Part shown: positions 53,331-62,825 of the stretch, in pieces
How the letters are laid out: each line of letters starts with the position of its first letter
How positions within the stretch are numbered: the first letter of the stretch is position 1
Source of the DNA: an uncultured Acidobacteriota bacterium
GTDB taxonomy: Bacteria; Acidobacteriota; JAQAZP01
DNA: 64,000 nt
Direction: 5' to 3'
Assembly (NCBI GenBank): GCA_963836075.1
Contig: CAWIIB010000009.1
Location: 3,072,001-3,136,000 of the forward strand
Notes under the pieces: generated by a model
Databases searched by the model: none
The model's input: only the letters and a program-made list of their open reading frames with translations
Told to the model about the DNA's origin: nothing
Made by a program: the position numbers and the translations under genes

Positions 53331-55799
53331 ATGAAATGGGCCGTGCTTTCGCTTCTGCTGCTGTGCTGCCCCGCAGTGGTCTGGGCCGATGACATCCACG
53401 TCCCCATCGACCAGCCCACCATCCAGGCCGGAATCGACGCGGCCGTGGACGGGGATAGTGTCATCGTTCTCGACGGTACGTACACCGGTGAGGGCAACAA
53501 GAACCTCGACTTTTACGGCAAGGCGATCACGGTCCGCTCCCTGACCAATCCGTGGGATTGCTGGATCGACTGCGAAGGAGAGGGCCGCGCCTTTGTATTT
53601 CAGCACAATGAAGGACCCGACTCGGTGGTTTCCGGTTTCACCATCGCCAACGGGAGGGCCCCCGACACCCCCGGCGACTATGGCGGCGGCGGGATTCGGA
53701 GTGAATACGCCTCTCCCACCATTCGCGGCAACACTTTCCAGGACTGTCAGGGGGGATTGGGTGGCGGCGACGCCATCCTTTGTTATGACGGCAATCCAGT
53801 AATTTCCCGCAATGTGATCCGTTCAAACGGCCAGGACGAAAACGATGAAGCGGTGTTGTTGCGATGGAGCGTCGCACTGGTGGAAGGGAACCGTATCGAG
53901 CAAAACTTCGGAAGCGGTATTGAACTGGACTTCGACTATTTCACTGGCAGCGATGCACCTACACTGACTGGAAACACGATTTGTGAAAACGGCGGGGACG
54001 GGATCAGGGTCGTAGGCGATTACAACGGTGTTCAGTCCAAACTGGTCTATAACGAGATCTGCCTCAACGGGGGCAGCGGAATACTGCTACGGGGCGATTC
54101 GAGACCGACCATCTCGTGGAACCGGATCCATGACAATGGAAACGGCGGCATCCTCGTGGACGGCGGTGAATCCGGAGGAACCATCAGCCACAACTACATC
54201 GCCGCAAACGAAGCCGACGAGGGCGGTGGAATTTACATCGACGGCTACTGCGAGTTCACCATCAGCAGTAACCTGATCGTTGACAACCGGGCCCAACTCC
54301 TCGGCGGCGGGATATACGCTCTGGCCTTTAACACGCTGATCAGGGGCAATACCATTGTCGGGAACAGCGCCCTCCAGGACGCAGCCGGTATCTGGTGCAT
54401 TGGCCGGGACAACACCACGATCATCGACAGCATCATCTGGGACAACACCTGCCCCACCGGCATCCAGGTTTACGGTGCCGAGGAGTGGTATGAACCGACG
54501 CTCAATATCAGCTACTGCAACATCGACGGGGGAGCGGCGGCCATAGAGGTGGAGCCGGGCTGCACGTATAACCTGGGGGCGGGCCTGATCGACGCCGATC
54601 CGCTCTTTGTCACCGGCCCGGCAGGCGATCTCCAGACCGGCAGCTATTACCTTTCGCAAGTGATCGCCGGACAGTCCGTCGACAGTCCGTGCGTGGATTC
54701 AGGCGACCCGACGGTCGATCCGGCCTGGGGCACCACCCGTACGGACCTGGTGTTCGACCAGCAACGGGCGGACATGGGTTTTCACCGCTCCGGCCCCTGC
54801 CGGCTGGTTACGGGACCGGGGCCATCAGTGAGCAATCCGCCCCTGGTCCGCATCTTTTACCCCCTGGACAGTGTCCACCTGGCCGAGTTCAGCGCCTATG
54901 GAGCGTCGGCTTACGGCGTCAACGTCAGTTGCGGTGACGTCGATGGCGACGGCGTGGACGAGATCATCACCGGCGCCGGCCCCGGGGCGATCTATGGCCC
55001 GCACGTACGCTGCTTCGGGAAGAGTGAATCCGGCAACTTCCTGCCCTTGGTGGATTTTCTTGCGTACGGAACGCTCAAATTCGGAGTGAACGTGGCCGCC
55101 GGCGACATCGACGGTGACGGCGCCGACGAATTTATCACCGGCGCCGGTCCCGGTGCGGTTTTTGGCCCCCACGTGCGAGCTTTCAATTTTGTCGATCCGG
55201 ATGATGTGATGCCGGTTCCCCGGGTGAGCTATTTCGCCTACGGCACGCCCAAGTGGGGGGTGAACGTCTCGGCGGGTGACATCGACGGCGACGGCTATGA
55301 CGAGATCGTCACTGGAGCAGGCCCCGGGGCTGTCTATGGGCCACACGTCAGGGGATGGAACGTGGACGGGGGACCGGCAACGTCCATGCCCGGCTGCAGC
55401 TTTTTTGCTTACGGCACCCTGAAATATGGTGTGAACGTCACCTGCGGCGATGTGGATGGGGACGGCATTGACGAGATCGTCACCGGCCCAGGACCCTCCT
55501 CCTTTTTCGGGGCCCACGTGCGGGCCTTTGACATGAATGGCACACCACTGCCCGGATTGAGCTTTTTTGCCTGGGATTCAGCTATTGCCCGATATGGCGC
55601 CAAGGTTTTTGCCGGTGCCGACCTGGACGGAGACGGCCGGGACGAGATCATGGTGGGCTGCGGGCCGGATCCAGACCCGGATGTGGGCACACCGGTCAAG
55701 GTCTATCGCTACACGGGATCAGGGGAGGCCGAGTGGTTCTCGCTGGAAGCTTTCCCAGGCATGACCCACGGAACCACTGTGGCAGCGGGGAGGTTCTGA
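53331..55799 (+). CDS. Secreted beta-helix protein with C-terminal GAGPG-repeat module (paralog of 37108..40083)
   Basis: IHVPIDQPTIQAGIDAA, DADPLFVTG...YLSQ..AGQ..DSPCVD...GTTRTD...DMGFH shared with the paralog; RBS AAGGAGG. Confidence 0.87.
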   Translation: MKWAVLSLLLLCCPAVVWADDIHVPIDQPTIQAGIDAAVDGDSVIVLDGTYTGEGNKNLDFYGKAITVRSLTNPWDCWIDCEGEGRAFVFQHNEGPDSVVSGFTIANGRAPDTPGDYGGGGIRSEYASPTIRGNTFQDCQGGLGGGDAILCYDGNPVISRNVIRSNGQDENDEAVLLRWSVALVEGNRIEQNFGSGIELDFDYFTGSDAPTLTGNTICENGGDGIRVVGDYNGVQSKLVYNEICLNGGSGILLRGDSRPTISWNRIHDNGNGGILVDGGESGGTISHNYIAANEADEGGGIYIDGYCEFTISSNLIVDNRAQLLGGGIYALAFNTLIRGNTIVGNSALQDAAGIWCIGRDNTTIIDSIIWDNTCPTGIQVYGAEEWYEPTLNISYCNIDGGAAAIEVEPGCTYNLGAGLIDADPLFVTGPAGDLQTGSYYLSQVIAGQSVDSPCVDSGDPTVDPAWGTTRTDLVFDQQRADMGFHRSGPCRLVTGPGPSVSNPPLVRIFYPLDSVHLAEFSAYGASAYGVNVSCGDVDGDGVDEIITGAGPGAIYGPHVRCFGKSESGNFLPLVDFLAYGTLKFGVNVAAGDIDGDGADEFITGAGPGAVFGPHVRAFNFVDPDDVMPVPRVSYFAYGTPKWGVNVSAGDIDGDGYDEIVTGAGPGAVYGPHVRGWNVDGGPATSMPGCSFFAYGTLKYGVNVTCGDVDGDGIDEIVTGPGPSSFFGAHVRAFDMNGTPLPGLSFFAWDSAIARYGAKVFAGADLDGDGRDEIMVGCGPDPDPDVGTPVKVYRYTGSGEAEWFSLEAFPGMTHGTTVAAGRF

Positions 55800-55851
55800 A
55801 CGGAGATATCCCGCTGATGAACCGCTTCCTGCCCCGGGCGTCCTCGGCCTG

Positions 55852-56103
55852 GTGGAAAACTGTATTGCCGCGAACAACAGCAAGCCCAGCTATGGGGGTG
55901 GGATCTCGATCCTGCCGGACAACACATCGGGCGGTACCACCGATTGTGACATCATTATTCCCGGCCTTGGGTCGGTGCTGGGGGACAACACCTTCAGCCT
56001 GGTGGCCGAGGACGTGACCCCGGCGCCATACAATCAGCCGCCCTATGCGCCGGCCGGGGATACGGATTCGGCGCAGTGCGTGGTGACGGCTGCGGCACCT
56101 TGA
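55852..56103 (+). pseudogene. Gene remnant: beta-helix fragment joined to the tail of the 'DVTPxPYNQPPY' domain
   Basis: IAANN...YGGGISI followed by PGLGSVLGDNTFSLVAEDVTPAPYNQPPY...AP; no signal peptide. Confidence 0.65.
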
Positions 56104-56244
56104 CGCCAGGCCCCCAGGTTCCTATATTTAAAACAAATTGTCTGCTGAGAGCGACGTCCGATCAAATCTTAATCTTTCCGACTGCTGGGCCCGGATATTT
56201 CCGCAGGATGTCAATCGTCAAGGTATTTCCTGAACAGGAGGTAA

Positions 56245-56506
56245 ATGAAGACATATAAGAAACCATCAATTACCTCTGAAAGTTCTTCGAAACCAACGCG
56301 CTGGCCTGCGGAAAAACACCGACCCCCCGCTGGGATCACATCATTTTGCCGATGGCTATGACACATTCACCGGTCATCTCGGAGTGGGTTTCAGCACGCA
56401 GGAGTCGGTTACCGGCCAGGCCGGTATCGGATTCGGGCCCGGGAGCACCAGTATGGCCTACGGCTATTTCGGCATGTGCACCAACTGGGTCACCCTCGCG
56501 TCCTGA
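56245..56506 (+). CDS. Putative RiPP precursor 1 (87 aa after correcting two 1-nt deletions in homopolymer runs)
   Basis: RBS AGGAGG. Reconstructs to MKTYKKPSITSEKFFETNALACGKTPTP..GSHHFADGYDTFTGHLGVGFSTQESVTGQAGIGFGPGSTSMAYGYFGMCTNWVTLAS; 262 nt versus 264 nt for the intact paralog. Confidence 0.7.
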
Positions 56507-56565
56507 TCACTGCATTCACTGATGGTGGACGGCAGACACAACGGGATCTTCAGGAAGGGGATACA

Positions 56566-56829
56566 ATGAAGAAATACCGGAAACCGGCCATTACGTCGGA
56601 CAAGTTCTTCGAAACCAGTGCGCTGGCCTGCGGGAAAACGGCGACCCCTCCATCAGGTTCACATCATTTTGCCGGTGGATATGACACCTTCACCGGTCAT
56701 CTCGGGGTTGGTTTCGGTACCCAGGAATCCATTACAGGACAGGGTGGCGTTGGGCTCGGGGCTGGAGGGACCAGCTCGAGTTACTGGATAGGAGGTCTGT
56801 GCACCAACTGGGTTTCCCTCGCCTCCTGA
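56566..56829 (+). CDS. Putative RiPP precursor 2 (87 aa, intact)
   Basis: MKKYRKPAITSDKFFETSALACGK...YDTFTGHLG...CTNWVSLAS, 24 nt upstream of a radical SAM gene. Confidence 0.8.
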   Translation: MKKYRKPAITSDKFFETSALACGKTATPPSGSHHFAGGYDTFTGHLGVGFGTQESITGQGGVGLGAGGTSSSYWIGGLCTNWVSLAS

Positions 56830-56853
56830 TCGAATACCGACAGCGTCACCGCA

Positions 56854-59116
56854 ATGAGCCGTTCAGTCCAGCGAACGATACTCGCCCAGCTGGCCCACCC
56901 GCTGGGCGACCGGAATCCCTCTTTCTGTAACCGGGAGAATATCCCACTGGCCGGCGGGTATCTGCGTGCGGCGACCAGGGCACGTGGAGGACTCTCTGCC
57001 GAAGATATCTCGATTCTCGATCCGATATTAGCCGAGCACGCCGGCGATGCGTATTTGATCAATGTCCTGGTTGAACGCCGGCCCGATGTTCTCGCCCTTT
57101 CCCTCTACCCCTGGAACCTGGTGCGCAGTGTCCGTCTGGCTCGGGAACTCCATGCCCGGCTTCCCGGATTGACGGTGGTGGCCGGCGGGCCGGAGGTCAA
57201 CGAGGTTAGCCTGCCGCTGCTGTTCGACCGTGGTGCGGTGGACTTCGCTGTTCCGGGTGAGGGCGAAGTCACCTTTCCGGATCTCCTTGCGGCGCTGGCT
57301 GACGGGCGGGACCCGGCCACTGTTGCCGGTCTGGCCCTGAGACGGAACGGGGCGATCGTCCACACACCGCCCCGCCCGACGCTGAGCGATCTGGACCAGA
57401 TCCCCTCGCCCTATCTGGAGGGTGACATCGACCCAAATGCCTGGCGTCAGGCACATGTGATTCTGGAGCGGGGGTGCGCCCACGCCTGCAAGTACTGCCA
57501 CTGGTGGCCCGATTCCCGGTCAAAGGGCGCTTTCTCCATCAAGCGTCTGGAAGAGGAGCTTGAACTGCTTCACTCATCGGCGGTGGAGGAGGTGATCTTT
57601 CTCGATGCCGCGTTGAACGCCAGCCCCCGGTTCGATGAGATATGCACCGTGCTGCAGCGGGTCAATGCCGACGGGAAGCTCAATATCAACGCGCAGATTC
57701 TCTTTGATCGCCTGGACCGCACCCAGGCGGAAAAGCTCGCTGCCGCGGGCATCCGCCGCATCGAACTGGGCCTGCAGACAGCGGACGCCGAAGTGCTGAT
57801 GAACAACAACCGGCCCCTGGAGGTGGACCGGTTCATGGAAGCCGTGCGGGCTCTGGACGGCCTGCCGATCAGTCCCCAGATCGATCTGTTCACCGGCCTC
57901 CCTGGAGATACTCCGGGATCGATCATTGCCACGGCCGGCTGGATCCGGAAGAACCTGATCCCCCATCTCTTCGCGCAGAAAAAAGCGGCCAACCTGATGA
58001 TGTTCATCCTCTCCGTGGGCTCACCCACCCAGCTTCGTCACGAGGCCGAGGCTCTGGGGCTCCGTTTCCAGCCTGAACCGCCGTACCGGGTGCTGAGCAC
58101 GGCCAACCTCGATTTCAAGGCCATCCGCTCGATGCGCATGGAGTTTTCGTGGTTGCTGGGGCTGGCCAAACACCCGCTGGATGAATTTGACCGCCCGCAC
58201 TATTCGGTCAATCTGTTCCATCCCGAGCTGGCATCCTGGTCGGCTCCCACACCAGGGAGGAATGTCGCGAAGGGTGACTCAGCGTCAGGGAGTTCGGATT
58301 GTCTGATCGATGCCGTCCGGATCGACTGCCGGGGGACGGCTTCCGGACCCGGCCACCCGTTCTCTGCCAAGGCGCTGGCCTCCCGACTGGCACAGGTGGT
58401 GCAGGTCTGGTTCCGGGTTGACGATCCTTCTTCCTGCCGGCAGCACATGTCCCAGACACTGGAAACCCTCTCCTCTCCGAACCGCCACGGCATCTGGGAC
58501 CTGGTCCTGGAAACGGACCGGGAGTTCGACCCGGATCTTGTCGACCAACTCCTCGCTGCGGTTCGAACCGAGGTGAGCGTTGTGGACTGGGACTGCTACT
58601 TCATCAATCCGGAGGAGGGGCCGGGCCACGCCAGGGTTTCGGTGCGCCCTTTCATCATTGTGCCCCTCGGCGCCGTTTCACCCCGCTGGCTCGAAATCGT
58701 GGCGCCACGCTTCCCGGTGGTGCATGCCGTCACCGTGGGCCCGGACAATCTCGAAGAGGTGCTGGACCGGGTGAGCCGCCTGCCGGGGGAGGGGATGCTG
58801 GCCGAAGTCGCCCGGGATGCCGGGTACTGCAGCGGTTCGGCCCCTGCTGGGCGGGATGCTCTCACTGGACAAGCGTGTGCTGGCTTTCCGCAACGCGGCC
58901 CTCCAGACACTGTTCGACAGGGAACGGCTGCACAAGCCGTTCATGAACAGCATGCTCAATCCGCGGATCCCGTACCGCGACCGGACCGTATTCCGGGCGG
59001 GACCGGACGGGAGTATCGGGGAGCGGAAGATCACAGTGGAACAGGTGCTCCGGGACGCAGACAGCCTGGTCAGGGCCATCGGTATTCAGCAGGGCACAAA
59101 TCGTCCCCGGATATGA
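56854..59116 (+). CDS. Cobalamin-dependent radical SAM protein with long C-terminal extension; probable frameshift near 58820
   Basis: PLAGGYL, SLYPWN, VVAGGPEV, GEGE, IPSPYL, RGCAHACKYC, ELGLQT, GLPGDT. C-terminus probably continues in ORF 58817..59116. Confidence 0.85.
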
Positions 59117-59145
59117 GGATCGGGGGTATATGAGGGAGTAAAAGC

Positions 59146-59168
59146 CTGGTGCCGAAGGGGGGATTCGA
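59146..59168 (-). repeat. att-like duplicate of the tRNA-Leu 3' end
   Basis: CTGGTGCCGAAGGGGGGATTCGA, identical to 61472-61494 (23/23). Confidence 0.9.
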
Positions 59169-59431
59169 GACCGAGGCGCTATCCACGAAGAAGAGCGCAA
59201 ACATTCTCTCCAGCCGTTTCGGTGGACGCCGACACCATTCGTGCTCCCAACGGCCAACCCACCATCCCGGCCGGATCGATTCGGCCGTGGCGCTGTGCAC
59301 AGTACGGAAAATATCTTGCCGTTAAGGGAGGCGGGTAGTAGACTAATATCAGTATTCATAGGCACTCATCTGCTGATCGGTCCGAGCCGATCAATCAGCC
59401 GCGCCATTATCTAAATATGAAGGAAAGTGAA

Positions 59432-60915
59432 ATGAGCACTTCCTGTTTCATCTGCTCTGTCATTCTGGTGCTCTGCTGTCTTTCCGCGGCGACCACTGAA
59501 GCACAGTTGTTCAATCCCAGCTTGGAATACGCTGCCGGCAACTATCCCTGTTCGATCGCCATCGGTGATCTGGACGGCGACAGCTTCCCGGACCTGGCCA
59601 CGGCAATCAGTGATGACGACAATGTAGCGGTGCTGTTCGGCAATGGCGACGGCACCTTTCAGCCTGCCGTATCATCTCGAGATCGGAAGCTCTCCATATG
59701 CTGTTGCCCTCGATGACCTGGATGGCGACGCCGACCTCGACCTGGTTGTGGCGAATCATGGGGATGACAATGTCACGGTGCTGCTGGGCATTGGGGACGG
59801 CACTTTCCTGGAACCCAAAAGTTACGGAATCGGGACCTCTCCCCATTCGGTCGCCATCGGTGATCTGAATGGTGACAGCTTTCCGGACCTGATCACGGTT
59901 AATTGTGATAGCGACAATGTTTCGGTGCTGCTGGGAACTGGGATCGGCACTTTTCACGCCCGCCACGGATTACGAGACTGGTGACGGGCCCACGTCGGTT
60001 GCCATTGGTGACCTGGATGGCGATGCGGTGCCCGATCTTGCCCTGGCGAACAACTACGGAGACGACCTCTCGCTGCTTGTGGGCAATGGGGACGGATCTT
60101 TCCAGGCCAAAGTCGATTTTGAGGATATTTACCAGCCGTATTCGGTAGCCATCGACGACTTGAACGGGGATGGCAACCTCGACCTGGCCGTGGCGAATCA
60201 TCATGGAGGTCACAACCTGTGGGTGTTGCTCGGAAACGGTGACGGTACATTTGAGACCTTCATGATTTACACGGCCTGCTACGCCTCTTATTCAATCGCC
60301 ATCGGTGATCTCACTGGTGACGGGCATCCGGATCTGGCTGTAGCCAGCATTGGGTTCAGCACGATTGAGGTGCTGATGGGCAACGGGGACGGCACCTTTC
60401 AACCTGCCATGCATCATGGGACCGGTGACTATCCTTATTCGGTCGCCATCGGCGACCTGGATGGGGACAGTAAACCGGATCTGGCCGTGGCGAATTACAT
60501 CGGGGACAATGTCTCCGTGTTGATCAATACTGGGGTGCCGGCATGGGAGACAGTATCGGCGGGTCTTGCCTGTCTACCGTCTACGGGCGCGCTTCCGTTC
60601 ACCACCCGGATGTACGTGTTCCTGTCCAACATCCACCCTCAAAACAGACGACGAGTGGCGGCGACGATGAACATCACCCTCGGCGGAGGTGGGCATATCG
60701 CCAACTGGCGGTCTGGATATACCAACATAGATGAAGAGGACACGTACAGCATATCCTGGATCCAGACGATCCCGGATATCGGCAAACTGGTCGGAGACAA
60801 CATCTTCACTCTGGTGGCCGCGGACGTGACACCGGCGCCATACAACCAGCCGCCCTATCCGCCCGCGGGTTTCACCGACTCCCGCTTCTGCACGGTGACG
60901 GGTATCGCGCCCTAA
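59432..60915 (+). CDS. Secreted FG-GAP/VCBS repeat protein with C-terminal 'DVTPxPYNQPPY' domain; frameshifts near 59670 and 59950
   Basis: SVAIGDLDGD..PDLA.AN...VSVLLGNGDGTF repeats run across ORFs 59417, 59643 and 59905. Confidence 0.78.
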
Positions 60916-60923
60916 TCGCTACC

Positions 60924-60960
60924 ACAGCACCGGCTCAGGGAACTACTCGAGCCGGTGTTG
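60924..60960. terminator. Hairpin between convergent genes (possible terminator)
   Basis: Inverted repeat cagcaccggctc / gagccggtgttg. Confidence 0.5.
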
Positions 60961-61012
60961 CTTTGTACAGTGCATTGACCACGCCCGCCGTGGTGGAAGA
61001 GGTGGTGGACGT

Positions 61013-61280
61013 TCAAGAGCTAAACGTAACCCAATTACCGCACAGGCCAAAGTAGAAATAAGAAATCGATGTTCCACCACCCGGCCCCACACCAACCGAT
61101 CCACTGACAGATTCTGACCCACCAAAACCACTGCCCAAATGACCGGTGAATGTGTCGTAGGCTTGGGTGAAATGATATGAGCCTGGAGGCGGATCAGTTG
61201 TTTTACCGCAAGCCAAAGCTGAGGTTTCGAATGATTTCGTAGAGTGGATGCTAGGGCTTCATGTACTTGGATTTGGTCAT
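61013..61280 (-). CDS. Putative RiPP precursor 3 (88 aa after removing one extra base near 61254)
   Basis: RBS GGGAGG. Reconstructs to MTKSKYMKPSIHSTKSFETSALACGKTTDPPPGSYHFTQAYDTFTGHLGSGFGGSESVSGSVGVGPGGGTSISYFYFGLCGNWVTFSS. Confidence 0.72.
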
Positions 61281-61429
61281 GGTTCCTCCCCACGAACTTA
61301 GGTTGGAGACGTTGCCACCAGTTAAGTGCATTGTCCATGAAATCAAATAGTAACCTGAATATAGGGTCTATTGAGGCGAGCCGCAATCATCGGTGGGGGA
61401 GAGATGGTGGTCGTCCATGGGGTGGTCAT

Positions 61430-61458
61430 AAAAAAGCCCCTCTTTCGAGGGGATTTTT
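61430..61458 (-). terminator. Rho-independent terminator of tRNA-Leu
   Basis: Minus strand reads cccctc-gaaa-gagggg followed by ctttttt. Confidence 0.8.
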
Positions 61459-61472
61459 CATGTACTGATTGC

Positions 61473-61559
61473 TGGTGCCGAAGGGGGGATTCGAACCCCC
61501 ACACCCTTGCGGGCACTGGACCCTGAACCCAGCGCGTCTGCCAATTCCGCCACTTCGGC
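61473..61559 (-). tRNA. tRNA-Leu(CAG)
   Basis: GCCGAAGTGGCGGAATTGGCAGACGCG-CTGGG-TTCAGGG-TCCAG, long variable arm, GGTTCGAATCC, ending CTTCGGCACCA; 87 nt. Confidence 0.96.
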
Positions 61560-61574
61560 ACAAAAGGGAGCCAA

Positions 61575-61604
61575 GATATAACACTTTGGTTCGATTGTTG
61601 TCAA
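61575..61604 (-). promoter_or_regulatory. Putative sigma70 promoter of tRNA-Leu
   Basis: Minus strand TTGACA, 18-bp spacer, TG-n-TATATC. Confidence 0.55.
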
Positions 61605-61650
61605 CATTGGGCGGGCCGGGGTATCTGCCCGGTCCGCCCATCGTTGTATA

Positions 61651-62634
61651 ATGGGGGTGACCCGGCGCTTACTGCGCCGGATATCCCGATGGAGACCACG
61701 GTTCATGCGCTTCAGGTCACTGACCCGGATGCCCGGCTTTTTCATCCTCCTGGCGGCCTTTCTCGCGCTTGCCGGCCCCTGGCGCGCCATGGGCCAGGAG
61801 CAGCCCCGGGCGGTGGGGGAGACCTTCGAGATGGCCATCGAGGCCCGTCTGGTCCAGGTCTACGCCACGGTCACCGGGGCGCGGGACAAGGCGATCGATG
61901 ACCTGACCCGGGATGATTTCCTGGTGCTGGAGAACGGGGAACCCCAGGAGATCGTTCACTTCGCCCACGAGCAGACCCCCCTCTCCATCATCCTGCTGGT
62001 GGACAGCAGCGAGAGCATGATGGGCCGCATCGACGAGGCCCGCCGTGGGCTGGCCGATTTCATCGGCTCGGTGCGTCCCATCGACCAGGTGATGCTGGTG
62101 GAGTTCGACCACGAGGCCCGCACGCTCAGCGCCTTCACCAGCGACAAGGGCAAGCTGAAAAAGGCGCTGGAGACGCTGCGGCCGGACGGCTCCACCGCGC
62201 TCTATGACGCGCTGGCCCTCTCCATCGACCAGCTGGCCGCCCGGGCCCATGGCCGGGTGGTGGTGCTCCTTTCCGACGGGATGGACGCCAGCTTCACCGG
62301 CGGCAGCGAGAAGACCTTCGAGCAGGTGCTCCGTCAGGCCCACGAGGCGGACACCCGACTGTTCACCATCGGGCTGGGGGTCAGCGTCGACCGTGCCGAA
62401 CTGGAGCGGCTGGCCGCCGAAACCGGGGGCGAGGCTTACTTCTCCATGCAGCCCGGCGAACTGTCCGGTGTCTACCGGGAGATCGGACGCGAGCTGCACA
62501 ACCAGTATCTCCTTTCCTACCAGCCCAAAGACTTTGTGGCCGACGGCAAATGGCGGAACATCGAGGTCCGGGTCCGCCGGTCAGGATTGGCAGTGATCGC
62601 CCGAAAAGGGTATTATGCGCTGGCGGTTCCCTGA
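61651..62634 (+). CDS. VWA domain protein (Acidobacterial VWFA-related type)
   Basis: MIDAS motif DSSESM, TALYDA, LLSDGMD, LAAETGG, QYLLSY.P...DG.WR.I.V. True start is probably further downstream (about 61705-61729). Confidence 0.88.
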   Translation: MGVTRRLLRRISRWRPRFMRFRSLTRMPGFFILLAAFLALAGPWRAMGQEQPRAVGETFEMAIEARLVQVYATVTGARDKAIDDLTRDDFLVLENGEPQEIVHFAHEQTPLSIILLVDSSESMMGRIDEARRGLADFIGSVRPIDQVMLVEFDHEARTLSAFTSDKGKLKKALETLRPDGSTALYDALALSIDQLAARAHGRVVVLLSDGMDASFTGGSEKTFEQVLRQAHEADTRLFTIGLGVSVDRAELERLAAETGGEAYFSMQPGELSGVYREIGRELHNQYLLSYQPKDFVADGKWRNIEVRVRRSGLAVIARKGYYALAVP

Positions 62635-62825
62635 TTCCCGAGTTCCCGGGAGAATTTCGGGTAAACAACGGGGATTGGCCCGTTTTGGGGGCCCGGGGAA
62701 AACAGAGCTTCTTTTCAACAATAGTTGTGTCGATACAGTGATTGGCGGTGTTTTTGGAATGCCGCCTGCCCGAACGAGAATTGTTCTCCAGCGGCAGTGG
62801 GGATTTCTGCGTATTGGGGAGAGTT

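Noticed and set aside
56245-56829. Precursors read as lasso peptides because of the YxKP leader
   Set aside because: No lasso cyclase or B-protein peptidase in the window, and the ~65-aa cores are far longer than lasso cores.
59146-59230. Second tRNA gene
   Set aside because: Only 23 bp of the 3' end match; no D arm or anticodon arm, so it is treated as an att site.
61608-61641. GC-rich hairpin between the tRNA and the VWA gene
   Set aside because: Single copy, no U-tract, and it lies between divergent genes; no function can be supported.
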